Assembly: GCA_943371665.1 (NCBI GenBank)
Contig: CALRVR020000014.1
Location: forward strand, 2,267 to 66,266
Reading direction: 5' to 3'
DNA: 64,000 bases
Source: Synechococcus sp. UW140
GTDB lineage: Bacteria; Pseudomonadota; Gammaproteobacteria; Burkholderiales; Burkholderiaceae_C
Both the position numbers and the translations under genes were made by a program. This document shows, in pieces, positions 1 to 10,100 of this stretch. Each line of letters opens with the position of its first letter. Position 1 is the first letter of the stretch. The notes under the pieces were generated by a model. It was not told the DNA's origin. It searched no databases and saw only the letters and a program-made list of their open reading frames with translations.

Positions 1-158
1 TGCAGCTGATCTGCGTCCGGCCCGGGCGCCAGCAGCCGTTTGGGCAGAACGGTCTGGCGCGCGTGGATCAGGTCGGCGGCCGTTCGGGCGCATTCGAGTG
101 CCCCGCTGTCTGGCTCGATGCCCACCGGCAGCGGCAGACCCTGCAGCGCCGTGCTCAT
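1..158 (-). CDS. Nitroreductase family protein (YdjA-like), N-terminal part; runs off window start
   Basis: Manual translation from the ATG at 158 (ATGA overlap with the nrdJ stop): MSTALQGLPLPVGIEPDSGALECARTAADLIHARQTVLPKRLLAPGPDADQL; 'LIxxRQTxxPKRLxxPGP' resembles YdjA-like nitroreductase N-termini. Confidence 0.65.
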   Translation of the reverse strand, partial: MSTALQGLPLPVGIEPDSGALECARTAADLIHARQTVLPKRLLAPGPDADQL

Positions 159-2563
159 CCGCACACTCCCAGGTGGCCGCACTGCGTGCATTGGTCGCAG
201 CCGTCCTTGCGGATCACCGCATGTGCGCCGCATTCGGTGCATTTGCGCCCCGGCATCACGCCTGGCGACAACGACACCTCGGCAGGGGTCTGCCGGCCTG
301 CGGGCGAAACGCCGCCGCGTTGCGCAATCAGCGTCTGCACGGCGTAAGCCATGGCCGCGACCACCGAGTCGTGCCACATCGGCACGCGCGTGCCGTCGGC
401 TTTCTCGTGCGTGCCCATGCGCACCGGACCACGGTCCCAGACCACCTTGCGCATGTCTCGCAGGGCACGATCGAGGAAGCCGCCACGCGCGGCCAGCGAA
501 AGCAGGCGCATGCTGGACGTGACCCATTGTTGCGATTCGCCGCTTTGCCCCACGGGCATGAAGAACTCGATGGCGCGTTCGACCATGCCAGAACCGTCGG
601 CGGCGGGCACGGGCAGAAACGAGACCACCAGGTACAGCGTCTGGTGTCCCTCTTGTGTCCAGTACTCGATCTTGTCGGCCACCGCTGGCAGTGCGCCTTT
701 GGGTCGGCTTTCGATCACGGTGCGCATCGGGTCCACCGTGGTGGCGGCCGTCGTCGGCGGCGTGGGGCCTGTGTCTAGAACTGAACCCAGGATCGCATTG
801 GGCCGGTAGGTGGCCAGGCCCTTGAGCTGCGCCCGCCACGCCTGGTGGTACAGGTCCTTGAAATCGTCGTACGGGGTGTCGGCCGGTACGTTCACCGTCT
901 TGGAAATGGCAGTGTCCACGAAAGGCTGCACCGCTTGCATCATGGCCAGGTGGTCGGCCGCCGGCATCGACAGCGCGCTCACGAAGTACTCGGGCAGCTG
1001 CGCCACGTCGCCACCGAGCGCACGGTAAAGCCGCCATGCGTGGTCCTCCACCGCGTAGTCGGTGGTGCTGCCGTCGGCCTCGCGCTTCTTGCGCCGGTAC
1101 ATCCATGAAAACGGCGGTTCGATGCCGTTGGACGCGTTGTCGGCGAAGGCCAGGCTCACCGTGCCGGTGGGCGCGATGGACAGCAGGTGGCTGTTGCGGA
1201 TGCCGTGTGTGCGGATGGCCGAGCGCAGCGCCTGGGGCAGGCGGCTGGCGAAGGTGCCCTCGGCCAGGTAGCCGTCGGCATCGAACCGGGGGAAGGCGCC
1301 TTTTTCCTGCGCAAGCGCCACCGAGGCCGTATAAGCCGCGTCGCGCATGCGCTCGGCAATCTGCGCCGCCAGGGCACGGCCTTCGGCGCGGTCGTAGCGA
1401 ACGCACAGCATGGCCAAGGCATTGCCCATGCCGGTGAAGCCCACGCCGATGCGTCGCTTGGCCATGGCCTCGTCGCGTTGCTGCGGCAGGGGCCAGAAGG
1501 TCACGTCCAGAACGTTGTCGAGCGCGCGCACCTGCAAGGCCACCACCCGCTCGAAGGCTTCGAAATCGAAGCTGGGCAACCCGCCGAAGCCGAAGGGATG
1601 CCAGACGAAGCGCGGCAGGATCACCGGTCCGAGGTCGCAACAGCCGTAGGGCGGCAAGGGCTGCTCGCCGCAGGGATTCGTGGCCTCGATGGACTCGCAG
1701 TAGTTCAGGTTGTTGTCCTGCTGGATGCGGTCCAGAAACAGGATGCCAGGCTCGGCGAAGTCGTAGGCGGACCGCATGACCGTGTCCCACAGCTCGCGGG
1801 CGGGCATGCTGCGATACACCCACAGGCCGTCGGCGCGCTGGTGTGCGCCCTGTGCCAGCAGACCTGTGCCGGGCCGTGCGCGGTGCAGCAGGTCCCAGAC
1901 TTGGTTGTGGGCCAGTGCGTGCATGAAGGCATCGCTCACGCCCACCGACACGTTGAAATTGTTCCAGCGTCCAGGCGTGCGTTTGGCGGTGATGAACTCG
2001 ATCACGTCGGGGTGGTCGATGCGCAGCACGCCCATCTGCGCGCCGCGCCGCGCGCCCGCGCTCTCCACCGTGGCACACGATTGGTCGAACACGTTGATGT
2101 AGCTGCACGGACCCGACGCCAGCGATGCCGTGCCCTTGACCTCGGCGCCGCGTGGGCGGATGCGCGAGAAGTCGTAGCCGACGCCACCGCCGCGGCGCAT
2201 GGTCTCGGCAGCTTCGCGCAGGGCTTCGTAGATGCCGGGGAAGCCGCCGTCGTCCACCCCCTGGATGCAGTCGCCCACGGGCTGCACGAAGCAGTTGATC
2301 AACGTGGCCTGGATGGAGGTGCCCGCCGCGCTCATGATGCGGCCCGCGCCGATGGCGCCAGCCTGCAGGTTGTTGAAAAAGCGCTGCTCCCACAGGCCAC
2401 GGTCGGCCTCGGACTCCACCGATGCGAAGGCTCGCGCCACGCGGCGGTGGATGTCCTGCACACCGGACTCGCCAGTCTTGAGGTACTTCTCTTGCAGCAC
2501 GTCGAGGCTGATGGGCTGCCCGCCGGCGGCGGTATCTGCATGCCTGGTTGCATCGCGTTTCAT
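155..2563 (-). CDS. nrdJ: Adenosylcobalamin-dependent (class II) ribonucleotide reductase with C-terminal TSCPD-like domain and Zn ribbon
   Basis: 802 aa; LINCFV, GGGVGYDFS, RRGAQMG, TNPCGEQPL, SIAPTGT, NGIEP motifs; C-terminal CxxC...CxxC; no beta-subunit gene. Confidence 0.93.
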   Translation of the reverse strand: MKRDATRHADTAAGGQPISLDVLQEKYLKTGESGVQDIHRRVARAFASVESEADRGLWEQRFFNNLQAGAIGAGRIMSAAGTSIQATLINCFVQPVGDCIQGVDDGGFPGIYEALREAAETMRRGGGVGYDFSRIRPRGAEVKGTASLASGPCSYINVFDQSCATVESAGARRGAQMGVLRIDHPDVIEFITAKRTPGRWNNFNVSVGVSDAFMHALAHNQVWDLLHRARPGTGLLAQGAHQRADGLWVYRSMPARELWDTVMRSAYDFAEPGILFLDRIQQDNNLNYCESIEATNPCGEQPLPPYGCCDLGPVILPRFVWHPFGFGGLPSFDFEAFERVVALQVRALDNVLDVTFWPLPQQRDEAMAKRRIGVGFTGMGNALAMLCVRYDRAEGRALAAQIAERMRDAAYTASVALAQEKGAFPRFDADGYLAEGTFASRLPQALRSAIRTHGIRNSHLLSIAPTGTVSLAFADNASNGIEPPFSWMYRRKKREADGSTTDYAVEDHAWRLYRALGGDVAQLPEYFVSALSMPAADHLAMMQAVQPFVDTAISKTVNVPADTPYDDFKDLYHQAWRAQLKGLATYRPNAILGSVLDTGPTPPTTAATTVDPMRTVIESRPKGALPAVADKIEYWTQEGHQTLYLVVSFLPVPAADGSGMVERAIEFFMPVGQSGESQQWVTSSMRLLSLAARGGFLDRALRDMRKVVWDRGPVRMGTHEKADGTRVPMWHDSVVAAMAYAVQTLIAQRGGVSPAGRQTPAEVSLSPGVMPGRKCTECGAHAVIRKDGCDQCTQCGHLGVCG

Positions 2564-2597
2564 GGTCGGTCTTCCTGTGACGGGCGGACGGTGCCCT

Positions 2598-3299
2598 TCA
2601 TTCGACGATCACCTGACCGTCGTGTTCCACATAGGGCGCATAGGGGCCGGTACCGCTGTGGGAGGCCAGCGATGCCGCGACGAAATCGCCTTGCTGTGCA
2701 TCGAACACATGCACGTCGCCATCTTCGATCACGTAGTGCCAGCCGTGCAAGGTCAGCCGGCCGGCCTCGACCTCGCGCCGCACCATGGGATAACCCATGA
2801 GGCGCTCGAGCTGCAGCACCACGGCGCGTTGCTCGGTGCGGCGCATCGACTCGGCGCAGGGCTGCACGGGCAACAGGGCCTCGTCGATCAGCTTGAGCCA
2901 GGCGGTGAGCGCCACGGCCTCGGCGGGTGCGCCTTCGTAGGCGGCGCGGATGGCACCGCAGTGGCTGTGACCGCAGATCACGATGCGCTCCACGTGCAGG
3001 CTGAGCACGGCAAACTCGATCGCGGCCATCGTTCCATGGAGCCCGTGCGACTGATCATGTGGTGGGACGAGTGCCCCCACGTTGCGCACGATGAAGAGTT
3101 CGCCCGGGCCGGCGCCGGTGAGCAGGTAGGGCACGAGACGCGAGTCGGAGCAGCCGATGAACAGCGTCTTGGGGTGCTGCCCCTCGGCCACCAGGTCCTG
3201 AAAGCGCTGTTGGTGGAGCGGGAAATAATCGGAGCGGAAATGCCGCAGGCGCAACAGCAGCTCGTCCGCTTCCGAGCCTCCGGCGGCCGGTGGCGTCAT
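2598..3299 (-). CDS. Beta-class carbonic anhydrase
   Basis: GCSDSR, GELFIVRNVG and GHSHCG zinc-ligand motifs. Confidence 0.93.
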   Translation of the reverse strand: MTPPAAGGSEADELLLRLRHFRSDYFPLHQQRFQDLVAEGQHPKTLFIGCSDSRLVPYLLTGAGPGELFIVRNVGALVPPHDQSHGLHGTMAAIEFAVLSLHVERIVICGHSHCGAIRAAYEGAPAEAVALTAWLKLIDEALLPVQPCAESMRRTEQRAVVLQLERLMGYPMVRREVEAGRLTLHGWHYVIEDGDVHVFDAQQGDFVAASLASHSGTGPYAPYVEHDGQVIVE

Positions 3300-4153
3300 T
3301 GCACCAGGGGCGTGTCGGCCCCCTCCAGTTCCACGCCTTCAACGTCTGCCTGACCCACCAGCAGCTGCATGTACTGGCGCAGCGCCGTGGCCTGCGACTG
3401 CAGGGCCAGCCGCGCACTGATCTGCGCCTGCAGCTCGGCGAATTCGGGCAGGCGCCCCGGCTCGCGCGCCAGCACGTCGACGATGTGCAGGCCGAAGCGG
3501 CTGTGCACCAGGCGTGGATGCAGGCCCATGGCCTGGATCGCGTCGTTTTGCAGGAACAGCGCCTTGGCCAGTTCGGGCGCACAGTCCTGCGGTATGATCC
3601 AGCCGAGGTCGCCACCCTGGGCGCTCGACGGGCAGTTGGAGAGTTCAGCCGCGAGCTGCGCGAAACGATCGATGGAGACGCCCAGGCGCGAGAGCTCCAG
3701 CAGCGCGGCTTCGGCGCGCTGGGCCAGCGCGTTCACCGGCACACCCGGCGTGACCGCGAACAGGATGTGCCGCACGTGCAGCGCCTGACCCACCACGAAG
3801 CGCGGCTTGTGGGCTTCGTAGTGGCGCCGGCACTCCTCGGGCCCCGGCTCGGGCGAGTGCACCTCGGCTTCGAGCAGGGCCTCGATGGCGCGGCGCGTCT
3901 CGCCGTCGGGCTCGGGCGCAGTCAGGCCGGTGAAGCGCGGCAACAGGCCGGCGCTCACCGCCTGCTGGCGCAACAGCTCGGTGCAGGCACGTTCGCGCAG
4001 GGTCTGCTCGTTCAGCACCTCGCCGGCTTCGTGCAGGGCGATGCCGTTGATGCTGGCGATCTCGACCGGGGCCGCAGCAGGCTCGGGACTTTTGCAAGCG
4101 CAGGCGCTGCTGCCGCAACCGGTGGAGAGCGGTGTGGAAAGGTCTGGGTTCAT
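3296..4153 (-). CDS. PpiC/parvulin-type peptidyl-prolyl isomerase (NifM-like, nar-associated)
   Basis: RHILF, SNCPS..GGDLG, SRFGLHIV rotamase motifs; directly downstream of narI. Confidence 0.88.
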   Translation of the reverse strand: MNPDLSTPLSTGCGSSACACKSPEPAAAPVEIASINGIALHEAGEVLNEQTLRERACTELLRQQAVSAGLLPRFTGLTAPEPDGETRRAIEALLEAEVHSPEPGPEECRRHYEAHKPRFVVGQALHVRHILFAVTPGVPVNALAQRAEAALLELSRLGVSIDRFAQLAAELSNCPSSAQGGDLGWIIPQDCAPELAKALFLQNDAIQAMGLHPRLVHSRFGLHIVDVLAREPGRLPEFAELQAQISARLALQSQATALRQYMQLLVGQADVEGVELEGADTPLVQ

Positions 4154-4177
4154 GGAGGCTCCCGTTGTTGGGGTGGA

Positions 4178-4909
4178 TCAGCGGGGCTTGGAGGGGTGGG
4201 CCGGATTGGTCGGGTTGACCGGCACGCCCAGGCGGCGGCTGCGCACCACCTGATAAGGCCGCACCAGGTAGGCCACGCTGGCAAAGCCGCTCCACACATG
4301 CACCAGCCGCGAGAACGGGAACAGCAGGAATATCGTCATCCCCAGCACCAAGTGCACCTTGTACGGCCAATCCATGGCCACGAGCAGAGCGGCGTCAGGG
4401 CGGAAGGTGACGATGCGCTGTGCCCACTCGGCCAGCACCAGCATGGCGCTGCCGTCGGCGTGCGAATACGAGTAGGGCAGCGTGATCAGGCCCAGCACCA
4501 GTTGCACCCAGAGAATGATCAGGATGGCCAGGTCGGTGCGGTGGCTGGTGAGGCGGATGCGCGGATCGAAGATGCGCCGGTGCAGCAGCAGCGACAGGCC
4601 CACAAAGCAGATCACACCGGCGGTACCACCGGCATAGATGGCGAGGCGTTGCTTGACCGAGGCATCCATGAAGCCTTCGTAGAAGAAGTGCGGCGTCAGC
4701 AGCCCCACGAAGTGACCAAAGAACAGGAACAGGATGCCGAGGTGGAACAGGTTGCTGCCCCAGCGCAGCTGGCCCTTGCGCAGCAACTGTGACGAATCGC
4801 TTTTCCAGGTGTACTGGTCGCGGTCGAATCGGGCCAGGCTGCCCATGAGGAAGACCGCCAGGCAGATGTAGGGATAGACGCCGAAGAGGAAGTGGTGCAG
4901 TGAGGTCAT
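4178..4909 (-). CDS. narI: Respiratory nitrate reductase gamma subunit (cytochrome b)
   Basis: YPY..DQYTWKSDSSQ, FHLGI..GHFVGLLTP, PFSRLVH motifs. Confidence 0.97.
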   Translation of the reverse strand: MTSLHHFLFGVYPYICLAVFLMGSLARFDRDQYTWKSDSSQLLRKGQLRWGSNLFHLGILFLFFGHFVGLLTPHFFYEGFMDASVKQRLAIYAGGTAGVICFVGLSLLLHRRIFDPRIRLTSHRTDLAILIILWVQLVLGLITLPYSYSHADGSAMLVLAEWAQRIVTFRPDAALLVAMDWPYKVHLVLGMTIFLLFPFSRLVHVWSGFASVAYLVRPYQVVRSRRLGVPVNPTNPAHPSKPR

Positions 4910-5619
4910 GCCTGTGCTCCTGATGGGGATGAGGGGTGGCGGCCTGTTGCTGCCTTCACGATGCGGATCGGTTGCGGCTGGCCGGGCTTGGCCTGGCCTT
5001 CGGTGGAGCAGCCACCGAACACCGCCGGTTCGGCCCAGCTCTCGTCGATGCCGGGGTCGGCCGCCACCGGCACCGGTTCGGCCTTTTCACCTGCGATTTC
5101 GAGCACGGCAGCCAGCACGCTGGCGTAGGGGCTCTGCCGTTTCTGCAACGCGCTGAAGATCACCCGCACGATGTGCGCGCTTTCGCCGAGAAATTCGCGC
5201 GCCACCGCAGCCGGCTGGGTGGAGGCGAATTCGAGCAACACGCTCAGGTGGTCGGGCAACTCGGCCGGACCGAAGAACAGACCGGCCTTCTCATAGGTCT
5301 GGATCAGGTCGATCATGGCCGGACCCCGGTCGCGCGAATCGCCAAGCACGTGTTCGAACAGGTGCAGCGCGGTGCTGCGCCCGCGGTCGAACAGCTCGAC
5401 GTAGTCGGCTTCGACATCCAGCGCCGGTTGCTGGCTCAAGTGCACCAACAGCGCGTCGAGCTCGGTCAGCCGCGTGGCCGGCAAGGCGGCCTCGGCGCGC
5501 AGCGCGTCGCGCAGTTCACTGGCGTGCTCGCGCAGTTCGGCGGTGGGGTAACGCAGCAGGTGGGCGAGCACACGCAGCGTGTGAACGGCGGACTTTGGTG
5601 GGGATGAGAAAAGTCCCAT
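4906..5619 (-). CDS. narJ: Nitrate reductase molybdenum cofactor assembly chaperone
   Basis: YVELFDRGR, LHLFEH..GDSRDRG, ELPDHL; start placed at ATG 5619 just after the narH stop. Confidence 0.95.
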   Translation of the reverse strand: MGLFSSPPKSAVHTLRVLAHLLRYPTAELREHASELRDALRAEAALPATRLTELDALLVHLSQQPALDVEADYVELFDRGRSTALHLFEHVLGDSRDRGPAMIDLIQTYEKAGLFFGPAELPDHLSVLLEFASTQPAAVAREFLGESAHIVRVIFSALQKRQSPYASVLAAVLEIAGEKAEPVPVAADPGIDESWAEPAVFGGCSTEGQAKPGQPQPIRIVKAATGRHPSSPSGAQA

Positions 5620-5620
5620 G

Positions 5621-7153
5621 TCAGACCCCCGCCTTGATCGGAATCGTGCGCTTCTTCTCGCTGCCGAAAAGACTCGTTTCCGTTTGCCCTTCAGAGCATC
5701 CATTGCCGAAAGTGAAGCCGCAGCCACCCTTGATGTTGAAGGTGTTTTCGGCGTATTCGCGGTGGGTGGTGGGAATCACGAAACGGTCCTCGTAGTTGGC
5801 GATCGCCATGGTCTGGTACATGTCCTCGACCTCGCGCACGCTGAGCTGCACCTGGTCGAGCACGTCCTGGTTGATCACGCCGTCCACGTGTTTGGCGCGC
5901 TGGTAGCTGCGCATGGCCAGCATGCGTTCGAGTGCGCGCACCACAGGCACGGTGTCACCGGCGGTCAGCAGGTTGGCGAGGTACTTCACCGGGATGCGCA
6001 GCTGGCTCACGTCCGGAATCTCGCCGTTGCCGCCCAGCTGTCCGGCGTTGGCCGCGGCGGTGATGGGCGAGAGCGGCGGCACGTACCAGACCATGGGCAG
6101 CGTGCGGTACTCGGGGTGCAGCGGCAGCGCCACTTTCCAGTCCACCGCCATCTTGTAGACCGGGCTGCGGCGCGCGGCCTCCAGCCAGTTGTCGGGGATA
6201 CCGTCGGCTCGCGCCTGGGCGATCACCGCCGGGTCGTGCGGATCCAGGAACAGGTCGATCTGCGCCTTGTACAGGTCCATCTCGTTGGGCACGCTCGCCG
6301 CTTCCTGGATGCGGTCGGCGTCGTACAGCAGCACGCCCAGGTAGCGGATGCGGCCCACGCAGGTTTCGCTGCACACGGTGGGCTGGCCGGCTTCAATGCG
6401 CGGGTAGCAGAAGATGCACTTTTCGGCCTTGCCGCTCTTCCAGTTGTAGTAAATCTTCTTGTAGGGGCAGCCGCTCACGCACATGCGCCAGCCGCGGCAC
6501 TTGTCCTGGTCGATCAGCACGATGCCGTCTTCCTCGCGCTTGTAGATCGAGCCCGAGGGGCAGGAGGCCACACACGCCGGGTTCAGGCAGTGCTCGCACA
6601 GGCGCGGCAGGTACATCATGAAGGTGTTCTCGAACTCCCCCACCATGGCCTTCTGCGCGGCCTCGAAGCCGTTGAAGTTGGCATCCTTGCTGCGCTTGGC
6701 GAACTCGCCGCCCAGGATTTCCTCCCAGTTCGGGCCCCACTCGATCTTCTCCATGCGCTTGCCGGTGATCAGGCTGCGCGGACGCGCGGTCGGCGTGTTC
6801 TTCATCTCGGGCGCCGACTGCAGGTGGTCGTAGTCGAAGGTGAAGGGTTCGTAGTAGTCGTCGATCTCCGGCAGGTGCGGGTTGGCGAAGATCTTCATCA
6901 GCAGCTGCCACTTGCCACCCTGTTTGGGCACGATGGAGCCGTCGGCGCGGCGCGTCCAGCCGCCTTGCCACTTCTCCTGGTTCTCCCAGTCTTTCGGGTA
7001 GCCGATGCCGGGCTTGCTTTCGACGTTGTTGAACCAGGCGTATTCCACCCCGGGGCGGTTGGTCCAGACGTTCTTGCAGGTGACCGAACAGGTGTGGCAA
7101 CCGATGCACTTGTCCAGGTTGAGCACCATGCCGATTTGTGCGCGGATCTTCAT
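5621..7153 (-). CDS. narH: Respiratory nitrate reductase beta subunit
   Basis: MKIRAQIGMVLNLDKCIGCHTCSVTCK start and four Fe-S Cys clusters; ATGA overlap with narG. Confidence 0.98.
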   Translation of the reverse strand: MKIRAQIGMVLNLDKCIGCHTCSVTCKNVWTNRPGVEYAWFNNVESKPGIGYPKDWENQEKWQGGWTRRADGSIVPKQGGKWQLLMKIFANPHLPEIDDYYEPFTFDYDHLQSAPEMKNTPTARPRSLITGKRMEKIEWGPNWEEILGGEFAKRSKDANFNGFEAAQKAMVGEFENTFMMYLPRLCEHCLNPACVASCPSGSIYKREEDGIVLIDQDKCRGWRMCVSGCPYKKIYYNWKSGKAEKCIFCYPRIEAGQPTVCSETCVGRIRYLGVLLYDADRIQEAASVPNEMDLYKAQIDLFLDPHDPAVIAQARADGIPDNWLEAARRSPVYKMAVDWKVALPLHPEYRTLPMVWYVPPLSPITAAANAGQLGGNGEIPDVSQLRIPVKYLANLLTAGDTVPVVRALERMLAMRSYQRAKHVDGVINQDVLDQVQLSVREVEDMYQTMAIANYEDRFVIPTTHREYAENTFNIKGGCGFTFGNGCSEGQTETSLFGSEKKRTIPIKAGV

Positions 7154-10100
7154 GGGTTCTCTCCTTGGGATTGATAAGCTCGAATCAGGTGGTCGTCGGC
7201 CGGTGTGTCGAGCCAGTCCACCTTGTCCATCTTGCGCACCACGACGAACTCGTCGCGGTTGGTGCCGATCGTTCCGTAGTAGTTGAAGCCGTAGCTGAGC
7301 TGCGCGTAGCCGCCGATCATGTGGGTCGGCTTGAGCACGATCCGCGTGACCGAGTTGTGGATGCCACCACGCACACCGGTGATCTCCGAGCCCGGGGTGT
7401 TGATGATCTTTTCCTGCGAGTGGTACATCATCACCATGCCCGGGTTCACCCGCTGGCTCACCACCGCACGTGCGGCCACGGCGCCGTTGATGTTGAACAG
7501 CTCGACCCAGTCGTTGTCCTCGATGCCGGCGCTTTTCGCGTCGTCTTCGCTGAGCCAGACTACGGTGCCGCCCCGGTTGAGCGTGAGCATCATCAGGTTG
7601 TCGCTGTAGGTCGAGTGGATGCCCCACTTCTGGTGCGGCGTGATGAAGTTCAGCACGATCTCTGCGTTGCCGTTCGACTTGATGTTGTGCATGCCCGAAG
7701 TGGCCTTCAGATCCACCGGCGGACGGTAGCTGCCCAGACCTTCGCCGAAGGCAATCATCCAGGGGTGGTCCTGGTAGAACTGCTGGCGGCCGGTGAGGGT
7801 GCGCCATGGAATGAGTTCGTGCACGTTGGTGTAGCCGGCGTTGTAGCTCACCGTCTCGCTCTCGATGCCGCTCCAGGTCGGGCTGCTGATGATCTTGCGC
7901 GGCTGCGCCTGGATGTCGCGGAAACGGATCTTCTCGTCCTCGCGATGGATGGCCAGGTGCGTGTGGTCGATGCCGGTCTGTTTGCCCAGCGCTTCCCAGG
8001 CCTTCACCGCCACGTGGCCGTTGGTCTCGGGGGCCAGCTGCAGGATGACCTCGCAGGCGTCGATGTCGCTCACGATCTTCGGCATGCCTTTGGTCACGCC
8101 CTCGTCAAGCGTGGTGCCATTGAGCTGGCCGAGCTGCTCCACTTCGGTTCCGGTCTTCCAGCCGATGCCTTTGCCTCCATTGCCCAGCTTGTCGAGCAAG
8201 GGGCCGAGCGCCGTGAAACGTTTGAAGGTGTTGGGGTAGTCGCGTTCCACCACCGTGATCTGCGGCGCAGTCTTGCCGGGGATCAGTTCGCAGTGGCCCT
8301 TGCGCCATTCCTTCACGTCAAACGGCTGCGCAAGTTCGCCGGGGGTGTCGTGCATGATGGGCGTGAGCACCACCTCCTTCTCCACCCCGAGGTGGCCCAC
8401 GCAGACCTCGCTGAAGGCCTGCGCAAAACCCTTGTAGATCTCCCAGTCGCTGCGGCTTTGCCATACCGGGTCCACCGCGGCCGACAGCGGGTGGATGAAG
8501 GGGTGCATGTCGCTGGTGTTGAGGTCGTTCTTCTCGTACCAGCTGGCGGTGGGCAGCACCACGTCGGAATACATGCAGGTGGTGCTCATGCGGAAGTCGA
8601 GTGTGACCAGCAGGTCGAGCTTGCCTTGCGGCGCGTTCTTGTGCCACACCACCTCTTCGGGCTTGGCATCGTCGTGGCCCAGGTCTTTGCCCTGCACGCC
8701 GTTCTCGGTGCCCAGCAGGTGCTTGCAGAAATACTCGTGGCCCTTGCCGCTGGAGCCCAGCAGGTTGCTGCGCCACACGAACATGTTGCGCGGCCAGTTC
8801 TGCGGCGCGTCCGGGTCTTCACAGCTCATGGCCAGCGTGCCGTCTTTGAGCGCGCGCACCACGTAGTCCTTGGCGTCCAGCCCGGCGGCGGTGGCGTCCT
8901 TCACCACCTGCAGCGGGTTGGTCTTGAGCTGCGGGGCACTCGGCAGCCAGCCCATGCGCTCGGCGCGCACGTTGAAGTCGATCATGCTGCCGCCAAACGC
9001 GGCCTTGTCGGCCAGCGGGCTCACGATCTCTTCCATGCCGAGCTTCTCGTAGCGCCACTGGTCGGTGTGCGCGTAGAAGAAGCTGGTGCTGTTCATCTGG
9101 CGCGGCGGGCGCGACCAGTCGGTGGCAAAGGCCAGCGGCACCCAGCCGGTTTGGGGGCGCAGCTTCTCCTGGCCCACGTAGTGCGCCCAGCCGCCACCGC
9201 TCTGGCCGATGCAGCCGCACATCATGAGCAGGTTGATCACGCCGCGGTAGTTCATGTCGGCGTGGTACCAGTGGTTCATGGCCGCGCCGATGATCACCAT
9301 CGACTTGCCATGCGTCTTGTCGGCGTTGTCGGCGAACTGCTGCGCGACCGTGACGACCTGGTCGCGCGGCACGCCGGTGATGCTCTCCTGCCAGGCCGGC
9401 GTGTAGGCAGCGTTGTCGTCGAAGTCCTTCGCGCCACTGCCCAGACCGCGGTCGATGCCGTACTGCGCCACTTGCAGGTCGAACACGGTGGCCACCAGCG
9501 CGTGGCGCTCTTCACCGGCCTTGCCCAGGCGCAGGCGCACGGCCGGCACGCGGGCGTGGTTGATGGCCCCGTTCTGCGCGTTGGCGGTGAAGTGCGGCGC
9601 GGCGGTGCCACCGAAGTAGGGGAAGGCCACGTCCACCACCTGGGTGTCCTGTTCGCCGTCCTCGATCACCGAGAGCTTGAGCTTCACGTCGGTGTCGCTG
9701 CGGGCCTCTTTCGCCTGCAGGTTCCACTTGCCCTCGTCGTTGCGGCCGGCCTCGCCCCAGCGGAAGCCGATCGAGCCGTTGGGCAACACCGCTTTGCCAT
9801 CGGTGTCGAAGGCCACGGTTTTCCACTCGGGGTTGTTCTTCTGACCGAGCTGGCCGTTGAAGTCGCTGGCGCGCAGGTAGCGGTCGGGCACCAGGGTTTT
9901 CGTGCCGTCGGCCAGCGTGTGCTCTTTGAGCATCACCAGCAGCGGCAGGTCGGTATAACGGCGCGCGTAGTCGTCAAAATAGCTGCTGCGTGGCTTGCCG
10001 CCGTCAGGGAAATAGAAGTTCTTCAGCACCACATGGCCCATGGCCATGGCCAACGCCGCGTCGGTGCCTTGCTTGGGGTGCAACCAGAGGTCGGAGAGCT

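Noticed and set aside
7154-7807. N-terminal extension of NarH in the ORF track (similar extensions on narJ, narL, ytfE, gcdH, ligase and others)
   Set aside because: Overlaps the upstream gene; canonical N-termini begin at downstream start codons
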